Of a stretch of DNA of 64,000 nucleotides, positions 11,245 to 23,898 are shown in pieces. This DNA comes from Tetramitus jugosus (lineage: Eukaryota; Protista; Heterolobosea). The position numbers and the translations under genes are program-made. Location: NCBI GenBank assembly GCA_937625935.1, contig OW569347.1, forward strand, positions 558,001-622,000. The letters run 5' to 3'. Below the pieces are notes generated by a model, which saw only the letters and a program-made list of their open reading frames with translations, was not told the DNA's origin and searched no databases. Position 1 is the stretch's first letter. Every line of letters starts with the position of its first letter.

Positions 11245-12846
11245 ATGACAGACGTAAGTGTAATAATAATGATAATCGTCTCACTTAGCTCTAAAACTAA
11301 CTCTCTTTTAGTTCGTAGACCAACCAGATTATTGTGGATACTTGAAAAAGAGAGGAGGAACCGTCAGGGGTTATCGAAGTAAGCGTTTCTTCGTCTTTTC
11401 CTTTCTTTTTGTAACATGGTACAAATCATTATTTTAACCTTCTTTATGAATAGAGAGATGGTTCGAACTCAGAGGGAAGCACTTGTACTATTTTAAAACT
11501 CAGAACCAGATTCAGTCTCCACAGGTTAGTTTGCTCATTTTTATCTTCAGGTGATTGTTTGAAAATTTAACGATGTTGTTGTTTAGAAACCTACTGGAGT
11601 GATATCTCTCATTGACACATCCATTGAGGAGAATCCAAAGGACAAGTACGGATTCCGAATCAAGGGAATTAATTTGGCCAGAGTTTACGAACTTCAAGCT
11701 GAAAACGAGCCTGAATACGGTTCTTGGCTACAAGAGATTGAGAAGGCAATCAACTATTCCCCTGAGAATGACGTTGATGGTCTCAACGAAATCAAGAACG
11801 AAATCTTGTCCAGCAAGGGAGAAAGTCAACAGATTTGGGCTGATGATTCCAAGAGGAGTTCAGTATCAATCGACGACTTTGAGTTGTTGTGTGTGATTGG
11901 ACGTGGTAGCTTTGGAAAGGTGATGAAGGTTATGCATAAGAAGGAAAAGCAAATCTATGCAATGAAGATATTGAAGAAAGATGTAATTGTTAAGGAGTCT
12001 ATGGTCGCACATACTTTGTCTGAAAAGAAGATCTTACAAGAAATGAACCATCCATTCATTGTCTCCTTAAAGTGTGCTTTCCAAACGGAATCAAAGTTGT
12101 ATCTCGTGTTGGACTTTTTGGCTGGAGGTGAACTCTTCTATCACTTGAAGGAAGACACAAAGTTCACGGTCGAAAGAGCCAAGTTCTACATTGCCAGTAT
12201 TGTTCTCGCTTTGGAGCATTTGCACAAGCACAATATCATCTATAGAGACCTGAAACCTGAGAATGTTGTGTTGAACAATGAAGGATACGCAGTCCTGACT
12301 GACTTTGGCTTGGCAAAGTCATCTGTAAATAGTACAAACCCAACGTATACCTTCTGTGGTACTCCAGAATACTTGGCACCCGAAATTCTCAAGGGCAATG
12401 GCCATGCTAAGGCTGTCGATTGGTGGAGCTTGGGAATTCTCCTGTATGAAATGTTGGTTGGTCTCCCGCCTTTCTATTCTGAGAATATCAAGGAGATGTA
12501 TGAGTTGATTCTCGCAGCACCACTCAAGTTCCCAAACTCTGTTCCAATGGACGCTCAGAATCTATTGAGAGGTTTGCTTGAGCGAGATGAGAAGAAAAGA
12601 CTCGGTGGTGGTGTTGCTGATGGTGCAGAGATTAGAGCTCACCCATTCTTCAGTGATATCAACTGGGAGAAGATGATCGACAAAGAACTTGAACCTCCAT
12701 TTGTTCCAAACATTAAGGATATGAAGACCTCAACAAAATACTTTGATGAAGAGTTTATATCAGAGCGACCTGTCGATACCTTCTGCGAGCCTATTGTTGA
12801 TCCCTCTGCAAAGACTGATTTTTCTGATTTCAACTTTTCAGCCTAA
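11245..12846 (+). CDS. PH-domain AGC kinase (Akt/PKB-like); introns 11254-11311, 11379-11453, 11525-11586
   Basis: Spliced N-terminus gives PH motifs GYLKKRGG..KRWFEL...LYYFK; kinase GRGSFGKV, YRDLKPEN, DFG, TFCGTPEYLAPE; AGC C-tail PPFVP...FDEEF. Confidence 0.9.
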
Positions 12847-12896
12847 AGGATTGGGAGGAAAAGTTTATGTCTTGGCAACGATTAAAATGTAACTAA

Positions 12897-14739
12897 CTAC
12901 TTTATCAGTCCTTGTCTCTTTAAGTCCATATAGGTCTTTTTGTTAAATACATTTCCCTCTTCATCCTCATACTCCTCCATGTCATCAGACTTCCATACAT
13001 GAGATCCCTCTTCCTTCTTTATCTTGTCCCACAATGCCCTCGCATCAGCAATCTTAGTGATCTGGTGGAAGTGCCTCGTGTTAGGAATACGCAAGCAACG
13101 CATGCCATTGGCATGTCTCCACTCTTGGAAATGCTTCTCAAATGCACGCGGTCCCCAATAGCTATAATTTCCACATATTTCACATGTAAACTCCTGATTC
13201 AGTCCATAGAACTTGTACAACCAGAATGGAATTGGTTTTCCATCCCATCCAAGTGGCAAATTGAGAGGATTCGATGATCCGATACTATCATCCTCGTCTC
13301 CCTCCTTCCTCCGTTCCATCGCTGTTTGAAGTCCTAATTTCTCTTCCATCATCTCTTCTCTGGCCAAATCATTCTGTATCTCCTCCCATGTTCTCACTTG
13401 TTTCTTTTCCAATTGAATCATTGTTGACTCAATCACATCAGATAACAGCCCTACTAACATGGAACACACAACTTCATACTTTGCAATTTGTTTCATCAGT
13501 TCAGTATTAATCTTTTTTCCTTTTCTTCTGTGTCTTGTTCTCTTCTTTTGTTCCTTTGTGTTTGTTGATCCTTGTTCCGTTGCAGTCGTAGCTCCCTTTT
13601 GCTCTTCTTTTGATGAATCTTCATGGTTCTTTTTCTTGGCGTTGTTATCATTGTTGTCGTTGACTTGTTGCTCACTTGATTGTGTCAAATTCCTCGGTTG
13701 ATTCACCGTGTTTGAGATGGTTTCATAACCCGGTACGTCACCCCTATTCCACTTGAGCTCAAAATCACTATTCGTCTTGTTCAGCATCTGATCCAAGTCT
13801 GACAATGGCTGAGTCTTTTGATAGAACTGAACCAAATAATCATACAATTGCTTCAAATAATTCAAGTATGGATCATTGCACTTTCTTCCATTTTCAATCG
13901 TACTAAAATGCGACAATTGACTCAAATAGGTTAAATAATCCATTGTCTGAGTGACACTGTCCTGACTGTGATCATCAGTCTTCATCTTCTGTTTTTCACT
14001 GTTCATCTTGAGTATCATGGGTAGATTGATATACATCTGATACAGGTGATTCAAATCCACAAATCGACCATAGTGCTCCTCACCTGTAAACTGCACCTGT
14101 GTTTCAATCTTTTGTTGAAGTTGTCTCGATGCCTGTTCCAACGCCATTTCTTCCATTGCAATCTCGTCCAACACACTTGTCGCACCACCACCACTACCAA
14201 CACTACTACCACTAGCAGTCGAAGAAGCAGTATTGTTATTTGATGATACATCGACATCATGTTCTTGATCCAATGGCCCAGTCAACATGTTCATTGCTAG
14301 CTGATCATCCATCATGGACACTGCAAATTTCGAATGATACTGAATCAATGATTGTAATTGAGTATCGAATTGACTCATTGTGTCATTAATGGAATCACCA
14401 GTAATTGATTTTAGTTCCTTGTCTCTGTATGATTCCTCATCTTCATCTTCATTCACTGGCTCATCATCAATTTCATCGTACAGTCGGAGTAATTGTTTCG
14501 AATGAGATTGAATGGAGGAGAGATGATCGTTGATTCTGTGATTTTGAAAGAGTGTTGCCTTGTGCTGTTTCGATGTGTCTTGTGTTAGCTCTGTTGTTGT
14601 TTAACCAAAAAAAAACACATGTGAGAACAATGAATGTACATACAGATTTGGCCTTGTGTTGAAACTCGTAGACGATGCCTCTGACGGATTGTTCAATATC
14701 GATATGGTGCTGTCGTGTTTGATCAAGATAGGTAGACAT
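12897..14739 (-). CDS. SF3A3: Splicing factor 3A subunit 3 (Prp9); intron 14565-14643
   Basis: FTGEEHYGRFVDL, NPLNLPLGWDGKPIPFWLYK, CEICGNYSYWG..AFEKHFQEWRH zinc finger, DLKRQGL; spliced N-terminus MSTYLDQTRQHH. Confidence 0.95.
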
Positions 14740-14858
14740 GTGTGCTTCGAGTGTGAATGGTGTTGATTTTTTGGGAGTTTTTTGTGTTTGATCGTTCAGA
14801 GTTTTGCTCGAAGTTTTTTGTTCGATCACACTTCACCGACATGATTGAACAAGGTTCT

Positions 14859-15589
14859 TTATCGTTGTTGGTTGTGGTTGTATTGGAGAGGAGATTGAAT
14901 TGGATTGTCTCTCTCATGCTCGTAGGATAGAGAGTAAATGTCCTGAACTCCTTGGGTCGTACCTTCTGACAGAGTTGTATGCGATTCATAAGCTCGTTGA
15001 TATCCATGTATCGAGTGTATAGAGGTGAACAACCGACTCCACAACTCCTTATTCCCTCCTCGATCGCCCTCAATCGCTTTTTCGTTTTTGGATTCAGCTG
15101 TGCTCAACTTTACTTGAAGACTTGGAGGGTAATCAGGAGTAGCCTTAAGGAATGACATGTTCTTTATGCAACAGCTAGTCCAATTGGGCGATGGTTGAAG
15201 GTATGAAATCTTTACTGCACTCATGAGAAAGGATTTATCTTTGACATACTGTCCAACTTCAATTGAGTGCCAATTCTGAGCATCATCTTCGTAATGTGCG
15301 TCTTTCATAAGCCTCAAACGTGAGACCAGAGTGATCCACTCTGAGCTTTCCATCTCACAATACTGTATCGTTATAAAACAGCAATAGTAGTTCCTAAAGG
15401 TGATACGCTCAATCTTTGCCCATACCATTCATTAGCAACCAGATTCGAATGAACAAAAACACATGCACAACCTGCATAACTAACCATTGAAGGAACATCA
15501 AAATACAAAATCTGTGATAATGTACAAGGTCTAATCTCTGTAGATTTTTCAACAGGTTTCAAACTGAACGGAACAGGTATCAACTTCAT
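14859..15589 (-). CDS. NICN1: Nicolin-1-like protein (tubulin polyglutamylase complex subunit); intron about 15414-15484
   Basis: ITFRNYY..FITI, W.TLV....LMKDAHYEDDAQNW and YLQPSPNW match the nicolin pattern. Confidence 0.7.
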
Positions 15590-15708
15590 GTCCTTCTTCC
15601 AATCACAGTTTCAGATTAACACGTTTCCGTAGTTTGTTCACACTGGCTCAAGAATCGGTGAAACTTTTTCCACCAACCAAAAAAAACGCAAGAAACAAAT
15701 CAGAGAAA

Positions 15709-16581
15709 ATGATGCGTCATCGTTTATTATCACCACAAATGATCTCAATTGCACGAAAACACATTTGTCTCAATGTGCGATCCTCACCCACTATGACCAT
15801 CACCACCACTCTCCACAACAATACTCAACTCGCCAACAAGCAAACCAATCACCAGCAACAACAACAACAACAAAACAACAGTGCAAATGCGACTCACACT
15901 AATAATCATATCAATAATCAGCAAACAAAGAACAACAACTCTTCAACAGCACAGCAACAACAACAACAACAATCCATTTTCAACATGACTGAAGAAGAAT
16001 TGAAACAAAACATTCCCAAATTCTCTAATCAAGACTCTGAAAAATTGGAAAAAATGTTGCAAGATATTCTCAGTGGTAAACAACAAACATCATCATCATC
16101 ACAGTCATCACAATCATCATCATCATCAGACTATCGACCCATCATGATCATCAACGTTGTCCTGTTGGCCCTATTCGTCACTAGTCTTCTCATGAGATAT
16201 AGAGACGAGTTGATGCATGATATGACAAAGGAGTTGTTGGTTGATACGAGAGATGAGTTGGGCAATGAATTGTTGAGATTGAAGCAGAGTCGATTGGATT
16301 TGATTGAATCATTGTTGAATTCGTCTGATGCTCATCCTGCACTGTGCAATGCAAAGTGTCAAAAGTTTGTGCAAGAGTGGAGAGAGAGAATGGAACAGGA
16401 GGACCAATCTGCTGTGAATCAGATTGTGGCTGATTCGTTGGCCCATTTGAACAAGAAGCCAAGCAAGATGAGCATTTTGGAATCGAGTAGGAATGCACCA
16501 ACAACAACAGCAGCAGCTACTGCTACCAGCGCTCCTACTGAAGCTCCACAAACGTCCAATAAATCTTCAAGAATGATTTAA
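15709..16581 (+). CDS. Hypothetical single-TM protein, likely mitochondrial
   Basis: Arg-rich presequence-like start, Q/N tracts, one TM (IMIINVVLLALFVTSLLM), coiled coil. Confidence 0.6.
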   Translation: MMRHRLLSPQMISIARKHICLNVRSSPTMTITTTLHNNTQLANKQTNHQQQQQQQNNSANATHTNNHINNQQTKNNNSSTAQQQQQQQSIFNMTEEELKQNIPKFSNQDSEKLEKMLQDILSGKQQTSSSSQSSQSSSSSDYRPIMIINVVLLALFVTSLLMRYRDELMHDMTKELLVDTRDELGNELLRLKQSRLDLIESLLNSSDAHPALCNAKCQKFVQEWRERMEQEDQSAVNQIVADSLAHLNKKPSKMSILESSRNAPTTTAAATATSAPTEAPQTSNKSSRMI

Positions 16582-16807
16582 ATGAACAACAACAACAAAT
16601 ACGAATTTCAATAAAACAAGAGTTCTTTTTGGTGAATTTGTAAGGACAAGGTACGAAGTGTTGTCCTTGTTGTTTTTTTTAATTTGATATTTTTGATTGG
16701 GTTGGGTGGTTGTTGGGTGAATAATAGGATAGACTATTGGGAGAGAATGGAGATGATGAAAGAAACAAACTTGGTGCTTGTTTCTGATGATTGTGTAACA
16801 GAGTATT

Positions 16808-17110
16808 TTAGTTTTGATCGGCAATTTCTCTTTCCAAGACGTTATATAACAACAGTTTCTCAATCAAGTCGACATGGGTCAGAACCATTCTTCTGCAGCA
16901 ATATCTCTTCAACTCGAGCTCGTTCAGTGCATCACTGTAGACAATGATAATTGTGATGATGTTAGAATTTTGTTATTTGGTAACACAAAAAGAATGTCAT
17001 GTGAAAGAAACATACCCAGGTGTCTTTTCAGCCTCAAGCAATTTGAGATATTGATCCCATTTGTTACCAATGACCTTGCCACAAGTGAAGCATCTAACAG
17101 GTATAATCAT
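16808..17110 (-). CDS. RPB10: RNA polymerase I/II/III subunit RPB10; intron 16935-17015
   Basis: [15 protein letters not shown] joined to [28 protein letters not shown]. Confidence 0.97.
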
Positions 17111-17485
17111 TTTTCCTCGTTTTTTGTGTTTGTGATTTTTTGCGCAAATTTCAGTGCTCAAAGAACAGTTTGAAGTGAAATATTCTGTCGTTTTACTCCG
17201 ACTACAGAGCGGACAAATCATCCAAGTCGCTGTCGGATAGAGTCTCACCAGAGGAGAGATCGGAATCAGACAAGTCCAGAAGCTCTCTTGTTCTCTTAGA
17301 GTACTTCAATGAATTCTTGGATGATTTGGGCTTTGGTTTAGAGCCTTCCTTATTGTTTCCAGAGCTCCTTGGTAGAGTATGTGTGAGGTCATGAGGTTGA
17401 GTTCAGAGTTTGTATTCAGAATGTAATCTACATAACTTGCGTCAGGGATTGAAAATATTAGATAGATTCATCAAATAATTAGTGT

Positions 17486-18205
17486 CTAAATACCTTTGAG
17501 TCCTCTTATTTGGTCTTGGAGAGAATCGATTTCCTTTGTCTTATCTTGAACATACTCTACAAACTCACTTCTCGTTGATTTTAACTTGTCATTCTCACTC
17601 TCTAGCAGGTCCTTGTATTTATCAATTTGTGAAATGTATTCTCTCTCAAGCTGTCTCAAGTATGGATTCGATCTCCCAACTAAGTCGGTCTCCAATAGAT
17701 ATGCTTGAGATCCAATGGGACCAGTATCAATTGGAGAATTTCGATCTTCAGACACAGTAGATGTTAGAATATCTTTCCTAAGAATCGAACTTCTTCGTGT
17801 TTGCTCTAGATTTGGTGCTTGGACCTCGTTCTTATCGGCTGATCCTCCTTGTGACATAGCTTGTTGTCTTTCAAGAAGTGATAATTGTTTCTTCATTATC
17901 TTCATTTCCTTTCTCTTGAGTTTTACGAACTTTTTCACCTTTGATCGAAGTATCTTCTTCTCATGCTTAAGCTCTTTGACCTGTTCTCCCAAGGTTGAGA
18001 CTTTATTGTTCAATCCCCAACGTTAAATATCAAGTATGATGTAACACTTCGAAGGAACTGACTTACTTTCTTCTTGATACTCGAGCTCTCTCCTTGCAAA
18101 TTCTCTCTTGTACACTTCAATGTACCTTCTCAAGCGTAGAATTGTCGTATCCTTGGACTTCAAGGATGATTTGAGCTCTATAATCTGATGCTCCCACTCT
18201 TCCAT
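17486..18205 (-). CDS. Hypothetical coiled-coil protein; intron 18001-18066
   Basis: Two heptad-rich ORFs joined in frame by a GTAAGT...AAG intron. Confidence 0.55.
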
Positions 18206-18403
18206 AATTTACACTTATTTTTTCTGTCCATTGAAATTCTCTTGGGCGGGAAGAAACGGTTGCACCATCTTCGGCCGATCGACATTGTAGATGACATTAT
18301 TTCTCCCGTCGAACTCCCACAAAGGGAGTTATCTCGCATCCGAGAACACAAAATTCTCTTCTTGACATCATCCACTTTTTTCTGCAAACACGCACATACA
18401 GAC

Positions 18404-18859
18404 ATGTTGAAGCTTAGCTCCGGTGCCTTCTTGGCTGCTCTTCTCTTGGCAACCACCCTCGTGTTGATTTTCTTTACTGGCGACATCTCTGCTGCTAGAT
18501 CCAGAATCATGAGAGGAAAACCAATAAAGTATCATCGTCGTCATTACTCTTTGGGAGAAGCCATTCCTGCCGCTTTCCTCAAGTCAACCTTTGAACCTGA
18601 AGGAGGAAATATTCCTTCACTGACAAAGAGATTGCAATCCTATCAAATGGTTCAAAGTGATGCGATTCACAAGAGTGGCACTCCAAAGAAGAAGCCTTCT
18701 ACTCCACCACCTACATCTGTTCCAGATTGGGATTATTGGGGTGACAATGTCATTCCTGCAAGATTTTTGACCAAGACTGCTCCACAGAACATTGCTCTTC
18801 AGAAACCAACAGGACAAGTGATTCGCTTGATGGCAAAGAAGCAGGCCATGATGGTGTAA
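18404..18859 (+). CDS. Small basic secreted or signal-anchored protein with a duplicated IPAxFL motif
   Basis: Signal MLKLSSGAFLAALLLATTLVLIFF; repeats YSLGEAIPAAFLKST and YWGDNVIPARFLTKT; AATAAA after the stop. Confidence 0.6.
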   Translation: MLKLSSGAFLAALLLATTLVLIFFTGDISAARSRIMRGKPIKYHRRHYSLGEAIPAAFLKSTFEPEGGNIPSLTKRLQSYQMVQSDAIHKSGTPKKKPSTPPPTSVPDWDYWGDNVIPARFLTKTAPQNIALQKPTGQVIRLMAKKQAMMV

Positions 18860-18988
18860 AGCTCTCCTGAAAAGTTTTTGCAATAAAGCATCTCGAAGGA
18901 TGTAAGCTTTCACGAAGTTCAGATATTTTTCTATTAGTGAACAATGTCCTCTTGTTGTCTGGTTGAAGGCAAATCACTTGACAAAAAA

Positions 18989-19954
18989 ATGAAAGTAATC
19001 ATTTTGGCTGCTGGTTATGGCACTCGGATGCAAAAGGATATTGCTGATCTGGAGAGATCGAATCCAGATGGGTATCAACAGTATAAGCACTTGCTCGGAA
19101 TTCCAAAACCCTTATTGCCACTGAGTCAATTGCCCCTGATTGACTATTGGATCCAATCGATTGATTGTTTGAATCAAAAGCTTCAAAAGACACTCATTAG
19201 CAAGGAACGTGATGTTTTTATTGTGACCAACAATGTGTTTTACCCTCAGTTCCAGGAATGGTGTCAAAAGTCTCATTTCCCTCTGGAGAATGTGTTGAAT
19301 GATGGCACAGGGTCGAACAATGATCGACTAGGAGCCATAGCCGATATCCAGTTTGCAATATCGCACTACAGACGAGAGCAACAAGAGGAAGAAGATTTGA
19401 TGATCATTGGAGGTGATACTCTATTCTCTGATTGCTTCCATAGTGACATGTTGAGTCGTATCATGACAAAGGAAGGTTTCTCGAGTCAGGAATGCAAGCG
19501 ACCAGTCTTGTTGTACTATACGTTGAGTCCTTTGGTCAACATCAGTGAAAAGGGTATCATAGAGGTAGCTCCAATGGAGGATCTGGAGAACAACGATGAG
19601 CTAACACCAATGAAAGTTGTCAAATTCCTCGAAAAACCAAAGCCACACGAAACAGAGTCCCGCTTGGCTAGTCCATGCTTTTATTTGCTTGACAAAGCAT
19701 CAGTTCCTCTCGTTCAATCATTCCTGGATCAGATCAATATCGATGCTACTACGTCATCCAACGATTCTGTTGTTACAGTTGACAACAGTTATCTGAGAGA
19801 TGCACCAGGACACTTTGTGCGATATCTGACACAAGTGCAACCAACCATTGCATGCTACCAGATTGAACAACGGTTCGATGTGGGACACTTGAATGAGTAC
19901 ATTGAAACAGATGAGTACTGGAAGAATCATCATATTGACACCTCTTCTCACTAG
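18989..19954 (+). CDS. Nucleotidyltransferase (NTP_transferase, sugar-1-phosphate nucleotidylyltransferase-like)
   Basis: ILAAGYGTR, PKPLLP, NDGT...RLGAIADI, IGGDTLF, FLEKP, RFDVG. Confidence 0.85.
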   Translation: MKVIILAAGYGTRMQKDIADLERSNPDGYQQYKHLLGIPKPLLPLSQLPLIDYWIQSIDCLNQKLQKTLISKERDVFIVTNNVFYPQFQEWCQKSHFPLENVLNDGTGSNNDRLGAIADIQFAISHYRREQQEEEDLMIIGGDTLFSDCFHSDMLSRIMTKEGFSSQECKRPVLLYYTLSPLVNISEKGIIEVAPMEDLENNDELTPMKVVKFLEKPKPHETESRLASPCFYLLDKASVPLVQSFLDQINIDATTSSNDSVVTVDNSYLRDAPGHFVRYLTQVQPTIACYQIEQRFDVGHLNEYIETDEYWKNHHIDTSSH

Positions 19955-20036
19955 TTGTATTCGTTTCCTTCCTTGATAAAAAAGCAAGCATTCACTTGAA
20001 CTTTTCTCATTTTGGATCGAAAAACACACCAAGAAA

Positions 20037-21543
20037 ATGCTCCTCAAAAACAAGCGCCAATCACAGCAATGCCTGTGGCAACACTACAGGCATCGCCCTC
20101 ATCAACACAAATCATTGTCATGGATCATCACCACAAACAAACATAATCATGGATCGCAACAGCAACTGAGAAACATGGCGCTTGCACCACCTCCCAAAAC
20201 GTATGTCTTTCCACCTACTCAGCTATAGCTTTCATTGACTTTTTTCTTTTCGTAGCTTTCCTCTTGTGTTAGCTTTAATCTTACTCTGTTTATTTTATTG
20301 TTTGTTCATTAGTGTTGTTTTTGATAAGGAGGTTCACATGATGCACAAGAACTATTCTGCTACGTTGACTCACCAGGCTCAATTCGACTATTTGAGAGAT
20401 GAGATGACTGAGAACATGTTGGAGAGAATTCCATTGATCTCTCGAAGTTTTCCCAAAGTGGCTGAAATTGGTAGTGGAAAAGGCTATTTCCTATCCAAGC
20501 TACTCAAGCAGTATCCTATAGAAAGTAGCTCTTCAAGCCAGAATAACAAGGATAATGATGAACTTGATGAGAATAGTTCATTGTTTCAATCATTGATGAA
20601 AAGATCAAACAGCAGTGGTACATTGACATCTTCAACGACACGTTATCCAATTGAAGATTTGGGAATAGAGTACTATGCCATGTGTGATGATTCTGAATTG
20701 TTGTTGCGCAAGGATGATTTTGGTTTGCAGTGGACGGATCCTGATCCAGCGATATCTTCTCGATTCATTGGTGCATCCAATACTGCATCTATTATTCAAT
20801 CAGCCAAGATTATACGAGAACAACAGCAGCAGCAGGATCAAGAATCAAAGGCAATTACAATCGATAAAATCAAGTTGAACACATTGGACACGAACGATTC
20901 GACAGCGCAAGTACTTGGCGATTTTGGAAAGTTGCCATTTGAGGAAAGGTCAATGGATTTGGTGTTGGGAGGTGTTTATATGCATTGGATTAATAATTTA
21001 CAGGGATATTTGGCTAACATCAGAAGTATTTTGAGGCCAGATGGAGCATTTATGGGCGCAATGCTCGGAGGCGATACATTGCATGAACTGAGAACGAGTT
21101 TTGTATTGGCAGAGCAGGAGAGAGAAGGAGGTGTCAGTCCACATGTCTCCCCACTTGTTTCGATCCGTGACGCAGGTAATTTGTTGGCTGGGGCTGGATT
21201 CTCGATACCTACTATTGACAGCGATGTTTTGACTGTGTATTATCCAGATGCTTTCACATTAATGAATCATTTGCAAGCCATGGGTGAGAATAATTGTTTA
21301 TTAGCTCGAAGACCAAACCTGTCTAGAGAAACCATCTATGCAGCCGCAGCCCTATACGATTCATTGTTTAGAACAGAGAAGGGTGTGCCAGCCACCTTTG
21401 AAATTATTTATATGATTGGTTGGGCACCTGATCCAAGTCAGAAAAAGGCAGCCAGACGTGGTTCTGCACAGATTCATTTAAAGGATTTGGCCAGAGAAAT
21501 GGGCACAAGCGTTCATGTGGCAGCAGAGCCAGAAGAACAATAA
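20037..21543 (+). CDS. NDUFAF5: Complex I assembly factor NDUFAF5 (SAM methyltransferase fold); intron 20201-20312
   Basis: FDYLRDE, EIGSGKG, HWINNL, GGDTLHELR...EREGGVSPHVSP, LQAMGE, PATFEIIYMIGW, ARRGSA. Confidence 0.92.
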
Positions 21544-21642
21544 AGTGTATTCCATTTTGCTCGTAGTTCAACCACAAAGAAGTGAATATCATCGCCAACA
21601 AACACCTCTCAAAAATATAGTACAATGCATTCGAACAAGTCT

Positions 21643-22932
21643 TCAACGGTTGGTTTCATCATCTCGTGCTTGAATCTCGTCCATTGCATAAAATAGCATG
21701 TAACCTGTTTCGTTAATGCCCACATGTTCTCCTGGACAACCATACAAACTTCTCACAAATGATTCATCTGTTCGAGTCACAATATCATCATCGAACATGA
21801 CCCATTTATCTCCACTCTTGACCACTGCTTTATAGTGACCAGAATTTGGTCCACTACCCACATGAATAATGACGCCAAATAAAGACATTAATTGATCTGT
21901 CGGTGTGCGCAATTGCATTGGATATGCAATTCTGTATGGTAATTTTCGATGTTGTCCAATTCGTTCATCATACTTGAATCGTTTCAAGTGTAAACAGAGT
22001 ATCTGTGGCCATTTTGTCACAGTGGATCGCTTCTGTGCTTCTTGTAAACTGCAGCAATTGTCACAAAAGAATTTGTCGTTGCCTTTGAGAAACTCTGGAC
22101 TTGAGAATCGATGCAAACAATGTGAAAGCGAGGTATTTTGTGTCACATCCAATGACAGCTCCAAAAATTGTTCTTTTCTCTCAGAGCTCGTCTCACATGT
22201 GATACATCTGGTATCTGTTGTGATCTCTCCCTCGAACAGAGCATGGAAAAACGTCTTGTTATTGTTCATGTTCGTAGTGCTCTGCGATACGAGAGAATTG
22301 AGAGCATTGTAGCTTGAGCTTGGTGATACACCCATCACTGAAGAGGAAGAGTCATTGTTGCTTGAAGATTCAACAAGCTTTTCAATCACATGACTTCCAG
22401 AGTCTATATCAGAAGACGTTGACGATGAAGCAGTGGATAGCTCTTGATATCTCTGTTGTTCTTGTAGCTGCAATTGCTGTTTTTGCAGTGTTTCAACACA
22501 CGAGTTGATCAAGTAGCTCCAAAACTCTTGTGCATCCTGGTGCATCAACGTATTGAAAAGAACAGCTTCGCGCCGTAGCTTTTGAATAAATTGTTTTGGC
22601 GCGATCGCGCTGCCTTTTTTCTTGTTCACTGTAGTGGAGCCTTCAATGGCGCCCATTTGCTGAAACAAATGACACAGTGCAATTAAAATACCGGGTTCAT
22701 CCTCCCAATTGAACCCCCTTTGTGTATTCGATTTTGTATGGTGTAGCTGCGGAATATTTTTTGCGTGCGACAGTAAATATTGTCGGAAAGGTTTACAATA
22801 AAATAGAACTTGAAGAACACTGTTGGCGTAACAAGTGTTTCCAAAGTTTTGTAGACCAAAATAACGCTCTCCATATGTTAGTGGATCATGCGGCTCAAGC
22901 TCCTTTTGTAACTTTGTCTCTGTTAGGCCCAT
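21643..22932 (-). CDS. USP12: Ubiquitin-specific protease, USP12/46 family
   Basis: GLQNFGNTCYANSVLQ Cys box, HQDAQEF, KFFCDNCCSLQEAQK, HVGSGPNSGHY His box. Confidence 0.92.
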   Translation of the reverse strand: MGLTETKLQKELEPHDPLTYGERYFGLQNFGNTCYANSVLQVLFYCKPFRQYLLSHAKNIPQLHHTKSNTQRGFNWEDEPGILIALCHLFQQMGAIEGSTTVNKKKGSAIAPKQFIQKLRREAVLFNTLMHQDAQEFWSYLINSCVETLQKQQLQLQEQQRYQELSTASSSTSSDIDSGSHVIEKLVESSSNNDSSSSVMGVSPSSSYNALNSLVSQSTTNMNNNKTFFHALFEGEITTDTRCITCETSSERKEQFLELSLDVTQNTSLSHCLHRFSSPEFLKGNDKFFCDNCCSLQEAQKRSTVTKWPQILCLHLKRFKYDERIGQHRKLPYRIAYPMQLRTPTDQLMSLFGVIIHVGSGPNSGHYKAVVKSGDKWVMFDDDIVTRTDESFVRSLYGCPGEHVGINETGYMLFYAMDEIQARDDETNR

Positions 22933-23124
22933 GATGACTGATGGTGGATTTTATGAAAATATGAAGGAATGTGAAACAGTGATGATGGTTACCAGATGTG
23001 TTGCGTTTTTGATTGATGTTTCTTGCTGATTTTTGTTCCGACTTTTTATGTTGCCCGACCAATCCGACGATTTTTTTTTGAGTTTCAGTTTTACAATATT
23101 TACAACAATATCAGAAACTTTGTA

Positions 23125-23724
23125 TTAACATGTTTGTTTCAAGACTTGAATGACCCTGTTCATGAACTGAGTCTCTCCTTGCTTGCTTGTATCAATAATG
23201 TACAAATTGTGGCTCTTGGATCCCAATCTAGAGTAAACTTGAGCATCCAAAGTTGGTTTCAGCAATGCCCACCAGTTGAAGCATGTGACATACTCTTTGA
23301 CTTCTCCCTGTTCAAATGCAACGGGGAACTTTGGAATTTCTACACTGTCTGGTACATAGTCCTCATCATCTTCATCTGCACTAGTCTTGCATGGTAAGAT
23401 GAATGCAATGATACCATCTTGCTGATTCAACAAGAGTTCCAATTTCTCTGCACTGTCACTGTTCACAATACCCAACAAGTAAGCTCTCTTCTTGACTGTC
23501 TTGTCTTCATTGAGAAGGAGTGGTGAGCTACTGGTAGTCAACATACCGAGTTGATTGACCTCGATGAGTTGAGAGATGAGAGAACTCGTCTCGGATTCCA
23601 ACTTGAGTGTGAATGGGGATGTGGTGGTAGAAGGATTGTTCAAAAATTGCTCATTCAGTTGGATGAGTTGCTTGAATTCTTGTACCTGTTGATACTGTTG
23701 ACGATCTGTGTTGTTGAGAGCCAT
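23125..23724 (-). CDS. Hypothetical protein
   Basis: Open frame from ATG 23724 (MALNNTDRQQ); no recognised motif. Confidence 0.55.
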   Translation of the reverse strand: MALNNTDRQQYQQVQEFKQLIQLNEQFLNNPSTTTSPFTLKLESETSSLISQLIEVNQLGMLTTSSSPLLLNEDKTVKKRAYLLGIVNSDSAEKLELLLNQQDGIIAFILPCKTSADEDDEDYVPDSVEIPKFPVAFEQGEVKEYVTCFNWWALLKPTLDAQVYSRLGSKSHNLYIIDTSKQGETQFMNRVIQVLKQTC

Positions 23725-23898
23725 TTTGTGTTCGTTTGTTGCTGTTGTTTTGCTGTGTGTTTGTTTTCGTGGTTTCGGGAAGATCTTGTCACTTGGTTTT
23801 TTGATCCGTTCGCGGAAAATTGTCAACTCTCGAAGGAACAACATTGGGGATAGCATCATATGTGAAGAGTTCTTCTTTTATTTGTCAATCAAAGAAGT

